A DNA stretch of 64,000 nucleotides from Vulcanimicrobiota bacterium (GCA_963782265.1 CAWAJD010000009.1:101-64100), one strand, 5' to 3'. Positions 8,898-18,753 are shown, numbered from the stretch's first letter. Notes: generated by a model from the sequence alone, not told the origin. Made by a program: numbers and translations.

Positions 8898-10570
8898 GAT
8901 TTCGGGGCCGCTGCCCGAGGACGCGCTGCGCGCGTTCGGTGCGGCCGTAGAACGCGCCGTGGCCGCGCGCTATCCCGGCGCTCCCGAAGTCGCGCCGGCG
9001 TTCGAAGCGCCGCGCCGTCCTGAGTTCGGCGATTTCGCAACGAACGTCGCGCTGCAGTTGGCCAAGGTGGCGAAGCGCTCGCCCCAGGACGTCGCCCTCG
9101 CGTTGATCGACGACGTGCGCGCCGCCGCCCCGCAGCTTGCGTCACTTTTTGCAAGCATCGACGCAATCGCCGGGTTCATCAACCTGCGCTTAGCGCCGCA
9201 AGTGTGGCAGAATTCGATCCGCGAAACGTTGACGCTCGGAGAACCGATTTCGGCAAATTGCCGAGCAACGGTAAACAAATTTCGCTCGAGTTCGGCAGCG
9301 CGAATCCCACCGGACCGCTGGTCGTCGTGCAAGGACGCACGCTCTCGATCGGCGACGCACTGGTTCGCGCGTTTCGCTATGCGCGGATACGACGTGTTCG
9401 TCGAATGGATCATCAACGACGCGGGCGCGCAGATGGATACCCTGGGGACGCTCGCTCTACGCCCGCTACCGGCAGACGTGGAACCCGAGTTTCCGTTTCC
9501 CGAGGACGGCTATCCCGGCGACTACCTCGTGCCGATCGCGCGGACGATCCGCGAGAACGACGGCGAGCAATGGCGACCGCGCCGGAGGGCGAGTGGCTCG
9601 CTTATTTCAAGAAGTTCCGCCGCGACGAGCTCGTCGCACAGCAAGAGCGACGGCGGAGCGTTTCCGCGTGACTACGATCTATGGCAGAGCGAAAAAGAGC
9701 TGCACGACACCGGCAAGATTCGCGAGGGCGTCGAGCGTTGGACCGAACTCGGCACGACCTATGAAAAGGACGGCGCGCTGTGGTTCCGCGCAACCGATTT
9801 CGACGACGACAAAGATCGCGTCGTTATCGCGCACCGACGGCCGCCCGACGTACTTCGCGCTCGACGTCACATACCACTATCAAAAACTGCAGCGCGCCGG
9901 CCGCGTGATCGACATTCTGGGGCCGGACCATCACGGCTATATCGGGCGGTTGCGCGGTCTCGCGAAGGCGCTCGGTTTCGATCCGAAATCGTTGGACGTG
10001 CTGATCTCCGGACAGGTATCCCTCTTGCGCGGCGGCGAGGCGATCAGCATGAGCAAGCGCGCGGGCGACATCGTCACGCTGGACAACATCCTCGACGAGG
10101 TCGGCAACGACGCGGCGCGGTTCTTCTTCGTTATGCTCTCGCCCGAATCACCGCTCTCTTTTGACCTCAAGCTCGCGGTCGAAAAGACCGCCGAGAACCC
10201 GGTGTACTACGTGCAATACGGCCACGCGCGGATCGCTTCGATCCTGCGCAGGGCCGGCGGCGACGACGTGGTCGCGGCCGAAACCGCGTCGCTCGAACCG
10301 CTGACGCACGCGACCGAACTCGCGCTCGCGCGCCGTCTCGCCGAGTTTCCTCGTGCCCTTCAGGCCGTGATCGATCACCTCGCACCGCATCGGCTCGCCC
10401 GCTACGCGCGCGACGTCGCTTCGGATTTCCACGCGTTCTACACCGAATGCAAGGTCCTCGAAAACGACAAGCCCACGCGCCTCGCACGCCTCGCTCTGTG
10501 TCTAGCCACGATGAATGTGTTGGCTCGCGCACTCGGGCTGCTGGGGGTCAGCGCTCCCGAGACGATGTAG
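8878..10570 (+). pseudogene. argS: Arginine--tRNA ligase, reading frame changes at least 5 times between about 9240 and 9840
   Basis: N-terminus PEFGDFATNVALQLAK is in frame 1 and ISLEFGSANPTGPLVVVQGRTLSIGDAL in frame 3. GYDVFVEWIINDAGAQMDTLG returns to frame 1. The C-terminus TDGRPTYFALDVTYHYQK...GPDHHGYIGRL...ISMSKRAGDIVTL...NPVYYVQYGHARI is in frame 2. Confidence 0.85.
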
Positions 10571-10665
10571 CCCGGCAGGCCCGCTTATTTTCGCGGGCTC
10601 GCGGGGTTTATCGGACATCCCCCTAATACGCATTTCGAACTCATGCGAGTTCGTCATCTCGACAA

Positions 10666-11961
10666 TTGGGGGTACTCGTGGCGGACCCCGTTCGGATAAG
10701 GCTCGGCGCGGTCGTTCCGACCAGAACCGACGCCGTTCCTCTTTGGCTTTCGGTCGCGCTCGCGTTGATGAGCCTGTCCATTCTCATCAACTACATCGAT
10801 CGCGGTAATCTCGCCACCGCCTCGACGCTCATCAAGAACGAGCTCCATCTCTCGCCGTCGCAACTCGGCTTCCTGCTGACGGCATTCTTCATTACGTACG
10901 CGCCGGCACAAGCCGCCGTCGGCTGGCTCGTCGATCGCTTCGACGCAGGTCGCGTGCTCGTAGCCGGCTTCGGGCTGTGGTCCGTCGCGACGTGTCTCAC
11001 CGGCTTCGCGCAAGGATTCGCCGGGCTCCTCGCGCTGCGCTTGCTGCTCGGTCTTGGCGAATCGGTGGCGTTTCCGGTGTATGCGAACATTCTTGCGACG
11101 TTTTTCCCCGAATCCAAGCGCGGTTTTACAAACGCCTGCATCACCGGCTCCATGACGCTCGGGCCGGCCTTCGGGATTTTCTTTGGCGGCATGCTCATCG
11201 CCGACTACGGGTGGCGTGCCTTTTTTATCGGCTTCGGTCTGCTGTCGCTGCTGTGGATCGTCCCCTGGCTGCTCTTCGCCCAGCCGCACGTTGGCGGCAG
11301 CGAACGGACCAAAAAAGACACCGGCCCAAACTTCGTTGCGCTCGCGAAACAGCGTTCTCTGTGGGGCGCCAGCCTCGGACATTTTTGCGGGAACTACGCA
11401 TGGTATTTTCTGTTGACGTGGATTCCTTACTACCTCGTCAACGAACGCCATTGGTCGCTCAAAGAAATGGCGACGATCGGTGGCATCGCCTATCTTTTCG
11501 CTGCGATTTCGAACGTGTTGTGCGGATGGCTAACCGACCGGTGGATTGCAGCTGGGGCTTCGCCGACGCTCGTGCGTAAGGGTTGCCTCGTCGGCGGATT
11601 GACGCTCGGCGCGATCTTCATGATGGGCTGCGTCGCCTCTAATGCCGTGAACTCGGTAATTTTCTTGATGCTCGCGGGTTTTGCGGCCGGTTTTGTAAGC
11701 CCCAACCTTTACGCCGTCGCCCAGACACTCGCGGGCGCAACCGCCGCGGGCCGATGGATCGGGTTACAGAACATGCTCGGAAACCTATCCGGAATAGTCG
11801 CGCCGGCGTTGACCGGCGTTATCGTCGAACGCACGGGAAACTTCCTGTTGCCTTTCACGATCGCCGCTGCGGTCTCGCTGCTGGGCGCACTCTCTTGGCT
11901 TATCATCGTCGGGCCAGTTCGGCCGATCGATTGGCCGGCCGAAGCGTTACGCTCGCCGTGA
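10666..11961 (+). CDS. MFS transporter
   Basis: 431 aa with about 12 hydrophobic segments and the motif GWLVDRFDAGRVL between TM2 and TM3. Confidence 0.75.
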   Translation: MGVLVADPVRIRLGAVVPTRTDAVPLWLSVALALMSLSILINYIDRGNLATASTLIKNELHLSPSQLGFLLTAFFITYAPAQAAVGWLVDRFDAGRVLVAGFGLWSVATCLTGFAQGFAGLLALRLLLGLGESVAFPVYANILATFFPESKRGFTNACITGSMTLGPAFGIFFGGMLIADYGWRAFFIGFGLLSLLWIVPWLLFAQPHVGGSERTKKDTGPNFVALAKQRSLWGASLGHFCGNYAWYFLLTWIPYYLVNERHWSLKEMATIGGIAYLFAAISNVLCGWLTDRWIAAGASPTLVRKGCLVGGLTLGAIFMMGCVASNAVNSVIFLMLAGFAAGFVSPNLYAVAQTLAGATAAGRWIGLQNMLGNLSGIVAPALTGVIVERTGNFLLPFTIAAAVSLLGALSWLIIVGPVRPIDWPAEALRSP

Positions 11962-13050
11962 CGGGGGCGGAATCTCCGGCGGCGTTGCCGCCGGCGTTTC
12001 GAACTGCGAGTGGAGCCAAGGGGCGACGAAGTAGCGCCACACGATCTTGATGAGTGCGGCCGCTGGGATGCCGAGAATCAAGCCGGGGATGCCGAACAGT
12101 TCGCCGCCGGCGAAGACCGCAAACATCGCGCCGATCGGCGAGACGCCGACGGATTCGCCCATGATTTTGGGCACCAGTACGTTGTCGCTGATGCGCGCCA
12201 TGCCGAACATGATAACTTGCACCGCGACGACCATGAACAACCCCTGTGGGACGCACAAGGGTATCGCAATGATTTCCGCGATCAGCATCCCGATGATCGG
12301 AATTGCATAGGCGACGCCCGCAACGATGCCGATGATCAGCGAGAACTTGAACCCGATGATGGCGCTCGCAATCGCGATGACGGCGCCGGTGATCGCGCTC
12401 ACGATGACTTGCCCGGAGATGTAGCTGCCGAAGACCTGCGTCACTTCGGCGGCAAGTTTGCGCGCCGTCTCGCGGCGCGCCGGCGGAAACATCGAGGCGA
12501 ATCCTTCCGCAACCTGCGAGTCGTAGAGGAGAAAGAAAAACGACAGGATGATCGCCGAGAACGCCATGAACAAACCCGTCATGGTATTCACCGCGATCGT
12601 GCCGATCGACGCGATCGCGCCGGTGACGACGTTACTGACTTGCGCGCTGCCGACGTGGCTGAGGTCCAGCGCGTTGGCCGGGATGTGAAGCTGCGGGAAA
12701 TGCTCCGCGAGCTCGGCTTCGATGCCGTTCAGCCACGATTCCGTTCCGGCTGCGTAGGCCGGCAGATTTGCCGCAAGCTGCTGAGTTTGGTCGATCGTCA
12801 GCGGGACGACGATCGTCAAACCGATAGCGATCAGCAGCAGCAAGCCCGCAAACACGATCGTGATCGCAAGCGGCTTGGGCATGTGCTTTTCCAGGCGCAC
12901 GGCGATCGGCTGTACGCCGAACGCGATGAATGCCGCGATCACGAAGATCGAAATCGTGCGCGGAATGTGCACGGCGATCCACCAGATCACGAGCGCCGCG
13001 GCGATGACGCCCGCGATCCAGCCGATCCGGCGCCACACGACCGGGCTCAT
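11947..13050 (-). CDS. AI-2E family transporter (PerM/UPF0118)
   Basis: 367-aa polytopic protein with a typical C-terminal ...VLVPKIMGESVGVSPIGAMFAVFAGGELFGIPGLILGIP. Confidence 0.7.
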   Translation of the reverse strand: MSPVVWRRIGWIAGVIAAALVIWWIAVHIPRTISIFVIAAFIAFGVQPIAVRLEKHMPKPLAITIVFAGLLLLIAIGLTIVVPLTIDQTQQLAANLPAYAAGTESWLNGIEAELAEHFPQLHIPANALDLSHVGSAQVSNVVTGAIASIGTIAVNTMTGLFMAFSAIILSFFFLLYDSQVAEGFASMFPPARRETARKLAAEVTQVFGSYISGQVIVSAITGAVIAIASAIIGFKFSLIIGIVAGVAYAIPIIGMLIAEIIAIPLCVPQGLFMVVAVQVIMFGMARISDNVLVPKIMGESVGVSPIGAMFAVFAGGELFGIPGLILGIPAAALIKIVWRYFVAPWLHSQFETPAATPPEIPPPSRRA

Positions 13051-13508
13051 AGGGCCTTGCTCATCAAACGCCGCTCCGTGAGATAGCCTCGTCGCTCGTA
13101 GAGCGCGCGGGCCGGTGCGTTATCTTCGGTGACCATTAGCGACATGTAGGGCAGGCCCCGCTGCCGAGCGGCATCTTCGGCCGCAGCGAGCAGCGCCGAG
13201 CCGATGCCGCGCTCGCGCAACAGCGGCTCGACGGCCATGTAGGCGATGAACCCTTGCGGCAGCGCGGTCACCTCGTCGGGGAGGTCGTCGAGAAACAGCG
13301 CGAAGCCGGCGCGTTCGCCGTCGTACTCCGCGATAAGCGTGATGTGCGATTGAAACGCGATCGACTCGTACAGGCGGTCGAGCGCGTGAAAGAGCTGCTT
13401 CTCGGGAGCCGGCCGAAACGCGGCCACGCTGTCGATGACGGTGCGCTTTCCAAGATCGGTAACGTACGGCCGGTCGGCTGGCGTGCCCGGTCGAACGGCC
13501 AGATTCAC
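13047..13508 (-). CDS. GNAT family N-acetyltransferase
   Basis: FIAYMAVEPLLRERGIGSALLAAAEDAARQRGLPYMSLMVTEDNAPARALYERRGY. GTGA overlap with pyrE. Confidence 0.7.
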   Translation of the reverse strand: MNLAVRPGTPADRPYVTDLGKRTVIDSVAAFRPAPEKQLFHALDRLYESIAFQSHITLIAEYDGERAGFALFLDDLPDEVTALPQGFIAYMAVEPLLRERGIGSALLAAAEDAARQRGLPYMSLMVTEDNAPARALYERRGYLTERRLMSKAL

Positions 13509-14077
13509 GACCGGCGCGAACCCGGATCGGTGATCGGCTCACCTGCGATACACTGCGGACATTCGGAGGGATCGTAGGAAACGATCGGCAGATCCAGCAG
13601 GGCGTGCGTCGGAACGCCAAAGTCGGCTTGACCGCGCATCACGATGATCGCGACGCCGGCAACTTGCGCGCCGTGCGCGCGAACCACGCCGATCACTTCC
13701 TTCACGGAGAGCCCGGTGGTCACGACGTCTTCAACGACCAGCGCGCGATCGTTCGGGCCGAGCGCAAAGCTGCGGCGCAGCACCGCCGTACCGGCCTCCT
13801 TCTCAACGAAGATCGCCTTGGTTCCGAGCTGCCGCGCGACTTCGTAGCCTAGCACGATGCCGCCGACGGCGGCGCTGACGACGACCGTCGGAGCCATCTC
13901 GCTAAATGCGTCCGCGATCGCCATAGCGACGGGTTCGACGAGTTCGGGGTCTTCGAGGATGCGGAACTTTTGAATGAACCGGTTGCTGTGGCGTCCCGAA
14001 CTCAGCTTGAAATGGCCCTCGAGCAGCGCGCCGCGTTCCCCAAGCAGCTTCGACAAGTCGATGGTCGCGTCGGTCAA
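13505..14077 (-). CDS. pyrE: Orotate phosphoribosyltransferase (TTG start, TTGA overlap with pyrF)
   Basis: FKLSSGRHSNRFIQ... and the PRPP loop ALVVEDVVTTGLS. Confidence 0.85.
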   Translation of the reverse strand: MTDATIDLSKLLGERGALLEGHFKLSSGRHSNRFIQKFRILEDPELVEPVAMAIADAFSEMAPTVVVSAAVGGIVLGYEVARQLGTKAIFVEKEAGTAVLRRSFALGPNDRALVVEDVVTTGLSVKEVIGVVRAHGAQVAGVAIIVMRGQADFGVPTHALLDLPIVSYDPSECPQCIAGEPITDPGSRRS

Positions 14078-14784
14078 GCGGGCACCCTCATGTCTTCCAA
14101 GATCGCCTTAGCGGCTTCGAACGGATCGGCAGCTTCGGTGATCGGCCGGCCGACGACGATGTAGTCCGCACCCGCGGCGACCGCTTCGGCGGGCGTCATC
14201 ACGCGCTTCTGATCGCCGTGTGCGCTGCCCGCCGGACGGATGCCGGGGGTCAGCGTGAGAAAGCCTTCGCCGAAGAAGTTTTTTAGATCGCGCGCTTCGT
14301 GCGCGCTGCAGACGACGCCGGTACAGCCGGCATCCCGCGCGAGCGCGGCCAGCCGCGTCGCGTTCTCGCCCGGACCACCCTGCAGCCCTAACTCGTTGAG
14401 TTCCTCGGGCGCGATGCTCGTGAGGATCGTCACCGCAAAGATATTCGGTGCTGCGATGCCGAGTTCGTCGGCGCGGTTGGCCGCCTCTTCGACCGCGGTC
14501 CGCATCATCTCGCCGCCGCCCAGCGCGTGCACGTTGATGATGTGCGCGTTGGGGCGCACCAGTTGGCGAATCGCGGCGCCGACGGTTCGGGGAATGTCGT
14601 GCAGCTTCGCATCGATGAACGTGCGCACGTCGCGCGCCTCGCAGTAGGAAAGGATGCGCTCGGGATACCCGCATAGCGCTTCGAGCCCGATCTTCGCGAT
14701 GATGTCGAGTTCGTAGAGCCGGTCGATCAGCTGCTCGGCCTCATCCGGACCGGGAACGTCTAGTGCGACTACGAGTTGTGCCAT
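14074..14784 (-). CDS. pyrF: Orotidine 5'-phosphate decarboxylase
   Basis: LVVALDV...IAKIGLE...IDAKLHDIPRTV...TPGIRP...QKRVMTPAEAVAAGADYIVVGRPI. Confidence 0.85.
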   Translation of the reverse strand: MAQLVVALDVPGPDEAEQLIDRLYELDIIAKIGLEALCGYPERILSYCEARDVRTFIDAKLHDIPRTVGAAIRQLVRPNAHIINVHALGGGEMMRTAVEEAANRADELGIAAPNIFAVTILTSIAPEELNELGLQGGPGENATRLAALARDAGCTGVVCSAHEARDLKNFFGEGFLTLTPGIRPAGSAHGDQKRVMTPAEAVAAGADYIVVGRPITEAADPFEAAKAILEDMRVPA

Positions 14785-14788
14785 GCGC

Positions 14789-15751
14789 TTACCCTTCGTC
14801 TCCTTCGTATTGATGTGCGTTGGCGAATCCTACGTTTGCCTTCCCTACTATTTCGCGCAGCGAAGAAAGGTTTCGCCCAGCGAGGTACGATTCGAGCCCA
14901 TCGACGATGCGCTCGGGGACGCGCGGGTCGGTGAAGTTCGCCGTTCCGATCGAGATCGCGCTCGCGCCGGCAAGGAAGAACTCGAGTGCGTCGGTGAGCG
15001 TTTCGATGCCGCCCTGCCCGACGATCGGAATGCGCACCGCGCACGCAACTTCGTAGACGGCGAGGACGGCAATCGGGCGAATGGCCGGTCCCGAAAGGCC
15101 GCCGGTAACGTTGCCTAGCCGCGGACGCCAGGCGTCGACGTCGATCGCCATGCCGCGCACGGTATTGATCACCGCAAGCGCGTCGGCGCCCGCCGCTTCG
15201 GCCTCGCGCGCGATGCCGGCGATGTCGGTGACGTTGGGCGAGAGCTTGACGATCAGCGTCTTATCGGTCGTCGCGCGCGCCGCGCTCACGACCTTAGCGG
15301 TCAACTCGGGATCGCACGCAAACGTTTCGCCTTCGCTGGCCACGTTGGGACAGGAGATGTTGATCTCGATTGCCGCGATCTCGTCGCGAGCCGCGAGCTT
15401 CTCGCAGACGTACGAATAGTCGTCGATCGAGAATCCGGCGACGCTGCCGATCACCGCACACGGCCGCATGGCGAACTTCGCGACCTCGCGCTCCAAGTAC
15501 CAATCGATCCCCGGATTCTGCAGTCCGATCGCGTTGAGCAATCCCGCCGGCGTATGTACGAGACGCGCCGTCGGATTGCCGATGCGCGGCAGGCGCGTGA
15601 CGCTCTTGAGCACCACGCCGCCCAGCTTGGATAAGTCGGCGAACGGCGAATACTCCTCGCCCGAGCCGTAGCATCCACTGCCCATTAGGGTGGGATACTT
15701 CAACTCGAGCTTGCCGAGTTTGACGCTGAGATCCGGCTTCACGTTCACCAT
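14789..15751 (-). CDS. pyrD: Dihydroorotate dehydrogenase B, catalytic subunit (class 1B)
   Basis: GLQNPGIDWYL...EINISCPNV...VKLSPNV...NTV...GGLSGPAIRPIAV...PIVGQGGI. It sits directly downstream of pyrK. An alternative start lies at 15769. Confidence 0.85.
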   Translation of the reverse strand: MVNVKPDLSVKLGKLELKYPTLMGSGCYGSGEEYSPFADLSKLGGVVLKSVTRLPRIGNPTARLVHTPAGLLNAIGLQNPGIDWYLEREVAKFAMRPCAVIGSVAGFSIDDYSYVCEKLAARDEIAAIEINISCPNVASEGETFACDPELTAKVVSAARATTDKTLIVKLSPNVTDIAGIAREAEAAGADALAVINTVRGMAIDVDAWRPRLGNVTGGLSGPAIRPIAVLAVYEVACAVRIPIVGQGGIETLTDALEFFLAGASAISIGTANFTDPRVPERIVDGLESYLAGRNLSSLREIVGKANVGFANAHQYEGDEG

Positions 15752-16593
15752 CGCAGCTCGTCCGCCCAAAAGACCGGTCCTTCTTTACAGATGCGCGCGT
15801 TGACGACGTCGCTTCCGCCGGCTTCCGCATCGGGAAACCCGGGAGCTTGCGCGCTCTCCCGAGCGAGTGGAACCACGCATCCCCAACATCCGCCGACGCC
15901 GCAAGCGAACGTTTCTTCTAAACTTAGCTGCGCTCGTACGCCGAGTTCGGCGGCGACGCGCGCCGCCGCGCGCAGCATCGGCGACGGACCGCAGGCCAGG
16001 ATCAGATCCGGGAGTTGACGCCCGGCGGTACGCGCGAGCAGATCGGTGATGAAGCCGTAGTGTCCCGCCGTGCCGTCGTCCGTCGAAAAGAGCACTTCGC
16101 AGCCGGCATCGCTGAAACGCTTCGCATCGACGAGCAGCTTGGCGCTGCGCGCGCCGTAGAACAGCCGCACCCGCGCGCCGGCGCGAACCAGCCACTGAGC
16201 CGGCAGCAGCACGGAGGCCAGACCGACGCCGCCGGCCACGATCGCCACGTCGCGCGCGCCGCTCGACAGGTCGAACCCGTTGCCAAGCGGCCCAAGCACG
16301 TCGAGGCGATCTCCCGGGCGCAACTCCGCGAGTTCGCGCGTGCGCTTACCGGTCACGAAAAAGAGGATACTCGCGCGTCTCCCTGCCGCTTCGTAGATAC
16401 CGAGCGCCGTGGCGCACGTCTGACCCGAAGGCGGGATCGCCATAAGGTACTGACCGGGGAGTGTGTCACGTGCGAGTTCGGCCGCATCGAACCCGAGGAC
16501 GACGACGCCGGGTGCAAGTTCGCGACGATCCGTGATCAGCGTCGCGTGCACGCGCCCAGGCGCTTTTACCGTCATAATTCCGATTTTCTCCAA
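15745..16593 (-). CDS. pyrK: Dihydroorotate dehydrogenase electron-transfer subunit
   Basis: FAD/NAD-binding ferredoxin-reductase-type fold plus a C-terminal CGVGGCWGCV 2Fe-2S cysteine cluster. Confidence 0.8.
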   Translation of the reverse strand: MEKIGIMTVKAPGRVHATLITDRRELAPGVVVLGFDAAELARDTLPGQYLMAIPPSGQTCATALGIYEAAGRRASILFFVTGKRTRELAELRPGDRLDVLGPLGNGFDLSSGARDVAIVAGGVGLASVLLPAQWLVRAGARVRLFYGARSAKLLVDAKRFSDAGCEVLFSTDDGTAGHYGFITDLLARTAGRQLPDLILACGPSPMLRAAARVAAELGVRAQLSLEETFACGVGGCWGCVVPLARESAQAPGFPDAEAGGSDVVNARICKEGPVFWADELRW

Positions 16594-16630
16594 ATCTTTA
16601 ACGAAACCCGGGCAAAGTGAGTGAACTTAC

Positions 16631-16659
16631 TTGCGATAAAAGCCGTTATAGGGTATAGA
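16631..16659 (+). promoter_or_regulatory. Candidate sigma-70 promoter for the small ORF at 16691
   Basis: TTGCGA, then a 17-nt spacer, then TATAGA, inside an AT-rich island about 30 nt upstream of AAGGAGGG. Confidence 0.4.
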
Positions 16660-16690
16660 CTCTTAGAAAATAAGAAAGGAGGGTCCGCAG

Positions 16691-16831
16691 ATGTCTGGTC
16701 TCATGGTTTTCAAGTCGCTCGCAGAAGCTTTGCGCGCTGGGTATCAGGTTTACGACCGTACTGCGGACGGATATCTGGTCAGGACGCGCACCACCGCAGG
16801 TTGGGCGATGGCTCTCGTCTCGTGTAGATAA
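16691..16831 (+). CDS. Small hypothetical protein (46 aa), absent from the ORF track because it is under 60 aa
   Basis: AAGGAGGG lies 7 nt before ATG. The product is MSGLMVFKSLAEALRAGYQVYDRTADGYLVRTRTTAGWAMALVSCR, and a perfect terminator hairpin follows. Confidence 0.5.
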   Translation: MSGLMVFKSLAEALRAGYQVYDRTADGYLVRTRTTAGWAMALVSCR

Positions 16832-16866
16832 CGTCTTCATTCCGCGATTTTTCAAACTTATCCAAA

Positions 16867-16900
16867 AGAGCCGCCGGTCATAACGACCGGCGGCTCTTTT
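16867..16900. terminator. Bidirectional intrinsic terminator
   Basis: AGAGCCGCCGGTC-ATAAC-GACCGGCGGCTCT is a perfect 13-bp stem, flanked by AAAA on the left and TTT on the right. It lies between convergent genes. Confidence 0.8.
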
Positions 16901-16916
16901 GCATCGCTGTAGCAGA

Positions 16917-17537
16917 CTAGCGGTAATCCGGCGGGCTCGCCGGCTTCTCGATCTCCGGGGTCGAGCCCGGGCGCCAGCCGTACGGGCCGGAGGGGGCCTG
17001 GGCTGCCGACGGCCCCGGCGGGGGCGGCGCGCTCATCCCAGGGCCCGGGATCGGGCCGAAACTCTGGGCGCCGGCGGCGGGGTCGCCGCCGATGCGGGCG
17101 CCGCTCATTACCGCGCTGATGACTTGAGCGATCCCGACGAAGAGCGGGATCAACCCACCGAGCAGCCACGGTCCGTAGTGCGGCGGTCCGTCACCGTGGT
17201 AACCGATGAACGAGAGTCCGATCAACAGGGCCAGGCCGATGAACGCCACCTGCACGCCGCGGCGCAGCTGGTGCTGGGCGTAGAAGTTGGGATCGTAGGC
17301 GTAGGGATTCATCGTGGGCATCGGGCCCGGAACCGGGCCTTGGCCGGGCATCGGCCCGGGCTGCCAGCCGTACTTCATCGCTCGTCGCATCGTACGCGGA
17401 TCGGGCGGCGGCGTGATACCGCGGCGCAGCATCTCCATCCGTTCTTGGTGCGCGAGCACGCGCCAGATGATGATGGCTGCAATCGGTCCTCCGAAGAGGA
17501 AGATGATTGCGATGGCTGGGACGACTGTGTCTTCCAT
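16917..17537 (-). CDS. Membrane protein with Pro/Gly-rich loops and tail
   Basis: 206 aa with three hydrophobic segments and low-complexity stretches PGPMPGQGPVPGPMP and GPGMSAPPPPGPSAAQAPSGP. Confidence 0.55.
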   Translation of the reverse strand: MEDTVVPAIAIIFLFGGPIAAIIIWRVLAHQERMEMLRRGITPPPDPRTMRRAMKYGWQPGPMPGQGPVPGPMPTMNPYAYDPNFYAQHQLRRGVQVAFIGLALLIGLSFIGYHGDGPPHYGPWLLGGLIPLFVGIAQVISAVMSGARIGGDPAAGAQSFGPIPGPGMSAPPPPGPSAAQAPSGPYGWRPGSTPEIEKPASPPDYR

Positions 17538-17542
17538 GGCGA

Positions 17543-18550
17543 TTAAATCGCTCCGTTCGTTGTCAGGTGGATCGATCCGTCTCCGCTGCTCACACGCATG
17601 GAACCCGAGCCTGATCCGAGTTTGATGGTCTGATTATGTGCGTCATCGTCGGACGACGTCGATTTGCCGTCGACGCTGATGGTGCCGTCGGCCGTCGTTA
17701 CGGTGACGGTAAGATCCGCGTTCGATGCTAATCCCAGTTCGACGCGTCCGTCGTTCGAGGAAACTTCATAGGTGCCGCCGGGCGCAAAACTGCCGCGAAC
17801 GTGAACCGATCCGTCGTCGGAGTGCAGCGTCGCTTGCGGCTGCGTGCCGGCTATCGTAAGGTTCGTGGCTTCGATGCGGCCGTCGCTGGAACGCGCCGTC
17901 AGCTGCTGCGCGGTAACGTCGCGCAGCGAGACGTGCCCGTCGGCGCTGGTCAGCGTGAGCGTATCGCCTTTAACGTTGGTGGCGTCGATGTAGCCGTCGG
18001 CACTGTGCGCGTCGACGACGCCCTGTACGTCGGTCAGCGCGATGTGGCCGTCCTGCGATTGCACGGAGACGCCCGCTCGCAAGCCGGCGATGGTCGCGCC
18101 GGAAGACTTCTGAATCTCGACGCGCGAATTCGCCGGCACGTCGACTTCGATCGCTTGTTCGGTCGAACCGAAGGTGATGTGCATCCAGCGATCGTTGTAG
18201 TCGGCGCGCTCCACCATCACCCCGTCGGCGGTGCGCGTCGCGTTGAGTTTTGGAATCGAACGATCGGACGAGAAGACCATGCCGTGAATGCTCGTCATAT
18301 CTTTGACGTGCACTTGCTCGTCCGTCGATACGTTGACGTAGACGCGCGATTCCGGATCGCTGATGACGACGTGCGGCGTTTGGCCGGCGTCGAACGTGGC
18401 AACCGTCTTAGCGGTGTAGTCGACGCTATGAGCGCCAAAGCCGGCCGCCGACAGGTGGCCCATACCGCCGATGCTCCAGATCGCCAAACCGACGATCAGC
18501 ACTTCGACGGCAACCAGCATGCCGATGAGCGCGACTTTTTTCGAGTTCAT
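17543..18550 (-). CDS. DUF4097-family beta-strand repeat protein with an N-terminal TM anchor
   Basis: Repeated S.DG.I/V units: SQDGHIAL, SADGYIDA, SADGHVSL, SSDGRIEA, SDDGSVHV, SNDGRVEL, TADGTISV, SGDGSIHL. Confidence 0.7.
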   Translation of the reverse strand: MNSKKVALIGMLVAVEVLIVGLAIWSIGGMGHLSAAGFGAHSVDYTAKTVATFDAGQTPHVVISDPESRVYVNVSTDEQVHVKDMTSIHGMVFSSDRSIPKLNATRTADGVMVERADYNDRWMHITFGSTEQAIEVDVPANSRVEIQKSSGATIAGLRAGVSVQSQDGHIALTDVQGVVDAHSADGYIDATNVKGDTLTLTSADGHVSLRDVTAQQLTARSSDGRIEATNLTIAGTQPQATLHSDDGSVHVRGSFAPGGTYEVSSNDGRVELGLASNADLTVTVTTADGTISVDGKSTSSDDDAHNQTIKLGSGSGSMRVSSGDGSIHLTTNGAI

Positions 18551-18630
18551 AGCGAGACCCGGAGCTCCGGACCCCAACCGTGAAAGGTGGTGTGGAGCGG
18601 CGGCCGCTGCGTGCCCGGGAGAGTCGATTT

Positions 18631-18639
18631 TGTGATAAT
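18631..18639 (+). promoter_or_regulatory. Possible extended -10 element (TGTGATAAT) upstream of the ECF sigma operon
   Basis: TGn+GATAAT lies about 115 nt upstream of the sigma start. I found no convincing -35. Confidence 0.25.
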
Positions 18640-18753
18640 TGCCATGACTGGGGTGAGCCTCCGTAAATGGTCCTGCCCTAGTTACGTCCGGCCGGGGGAC
18701 TTGTTTCGAAGCGCCCTCCGAAACAAAGCCTCACGCGGGCGCGTAGGTCTGGC

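Noticed and set aside
10579-10598. Hairpin GCCCGC-TTATTTTC-GCGGGC after argS as an intrinsic terminator
   Set aside because: The stem is only 6 bp and no U-tract follows. A second palindrome (CGAACTC-ATGC-GAGTTCG, 10636-10653) lies just before the MFS start. I could not assign a function to either.
12010-13086. 358-aa plus-strand ORF
   Set aside because: It is antisense to the AI-2E transporter gene. Its Asp/Arg-rich composition is that of a mirror-frame artefact.
18701-18726. Hairpin TTGTTTCG-(10 nt)-CGAAACAA as a riboswitch or attenuator upstream of the ECF sigma gene
   Set aside because: It is a short single stem with no conserved riboswitch features that I recognise. It is noted only as part of the divergent regulatory region.
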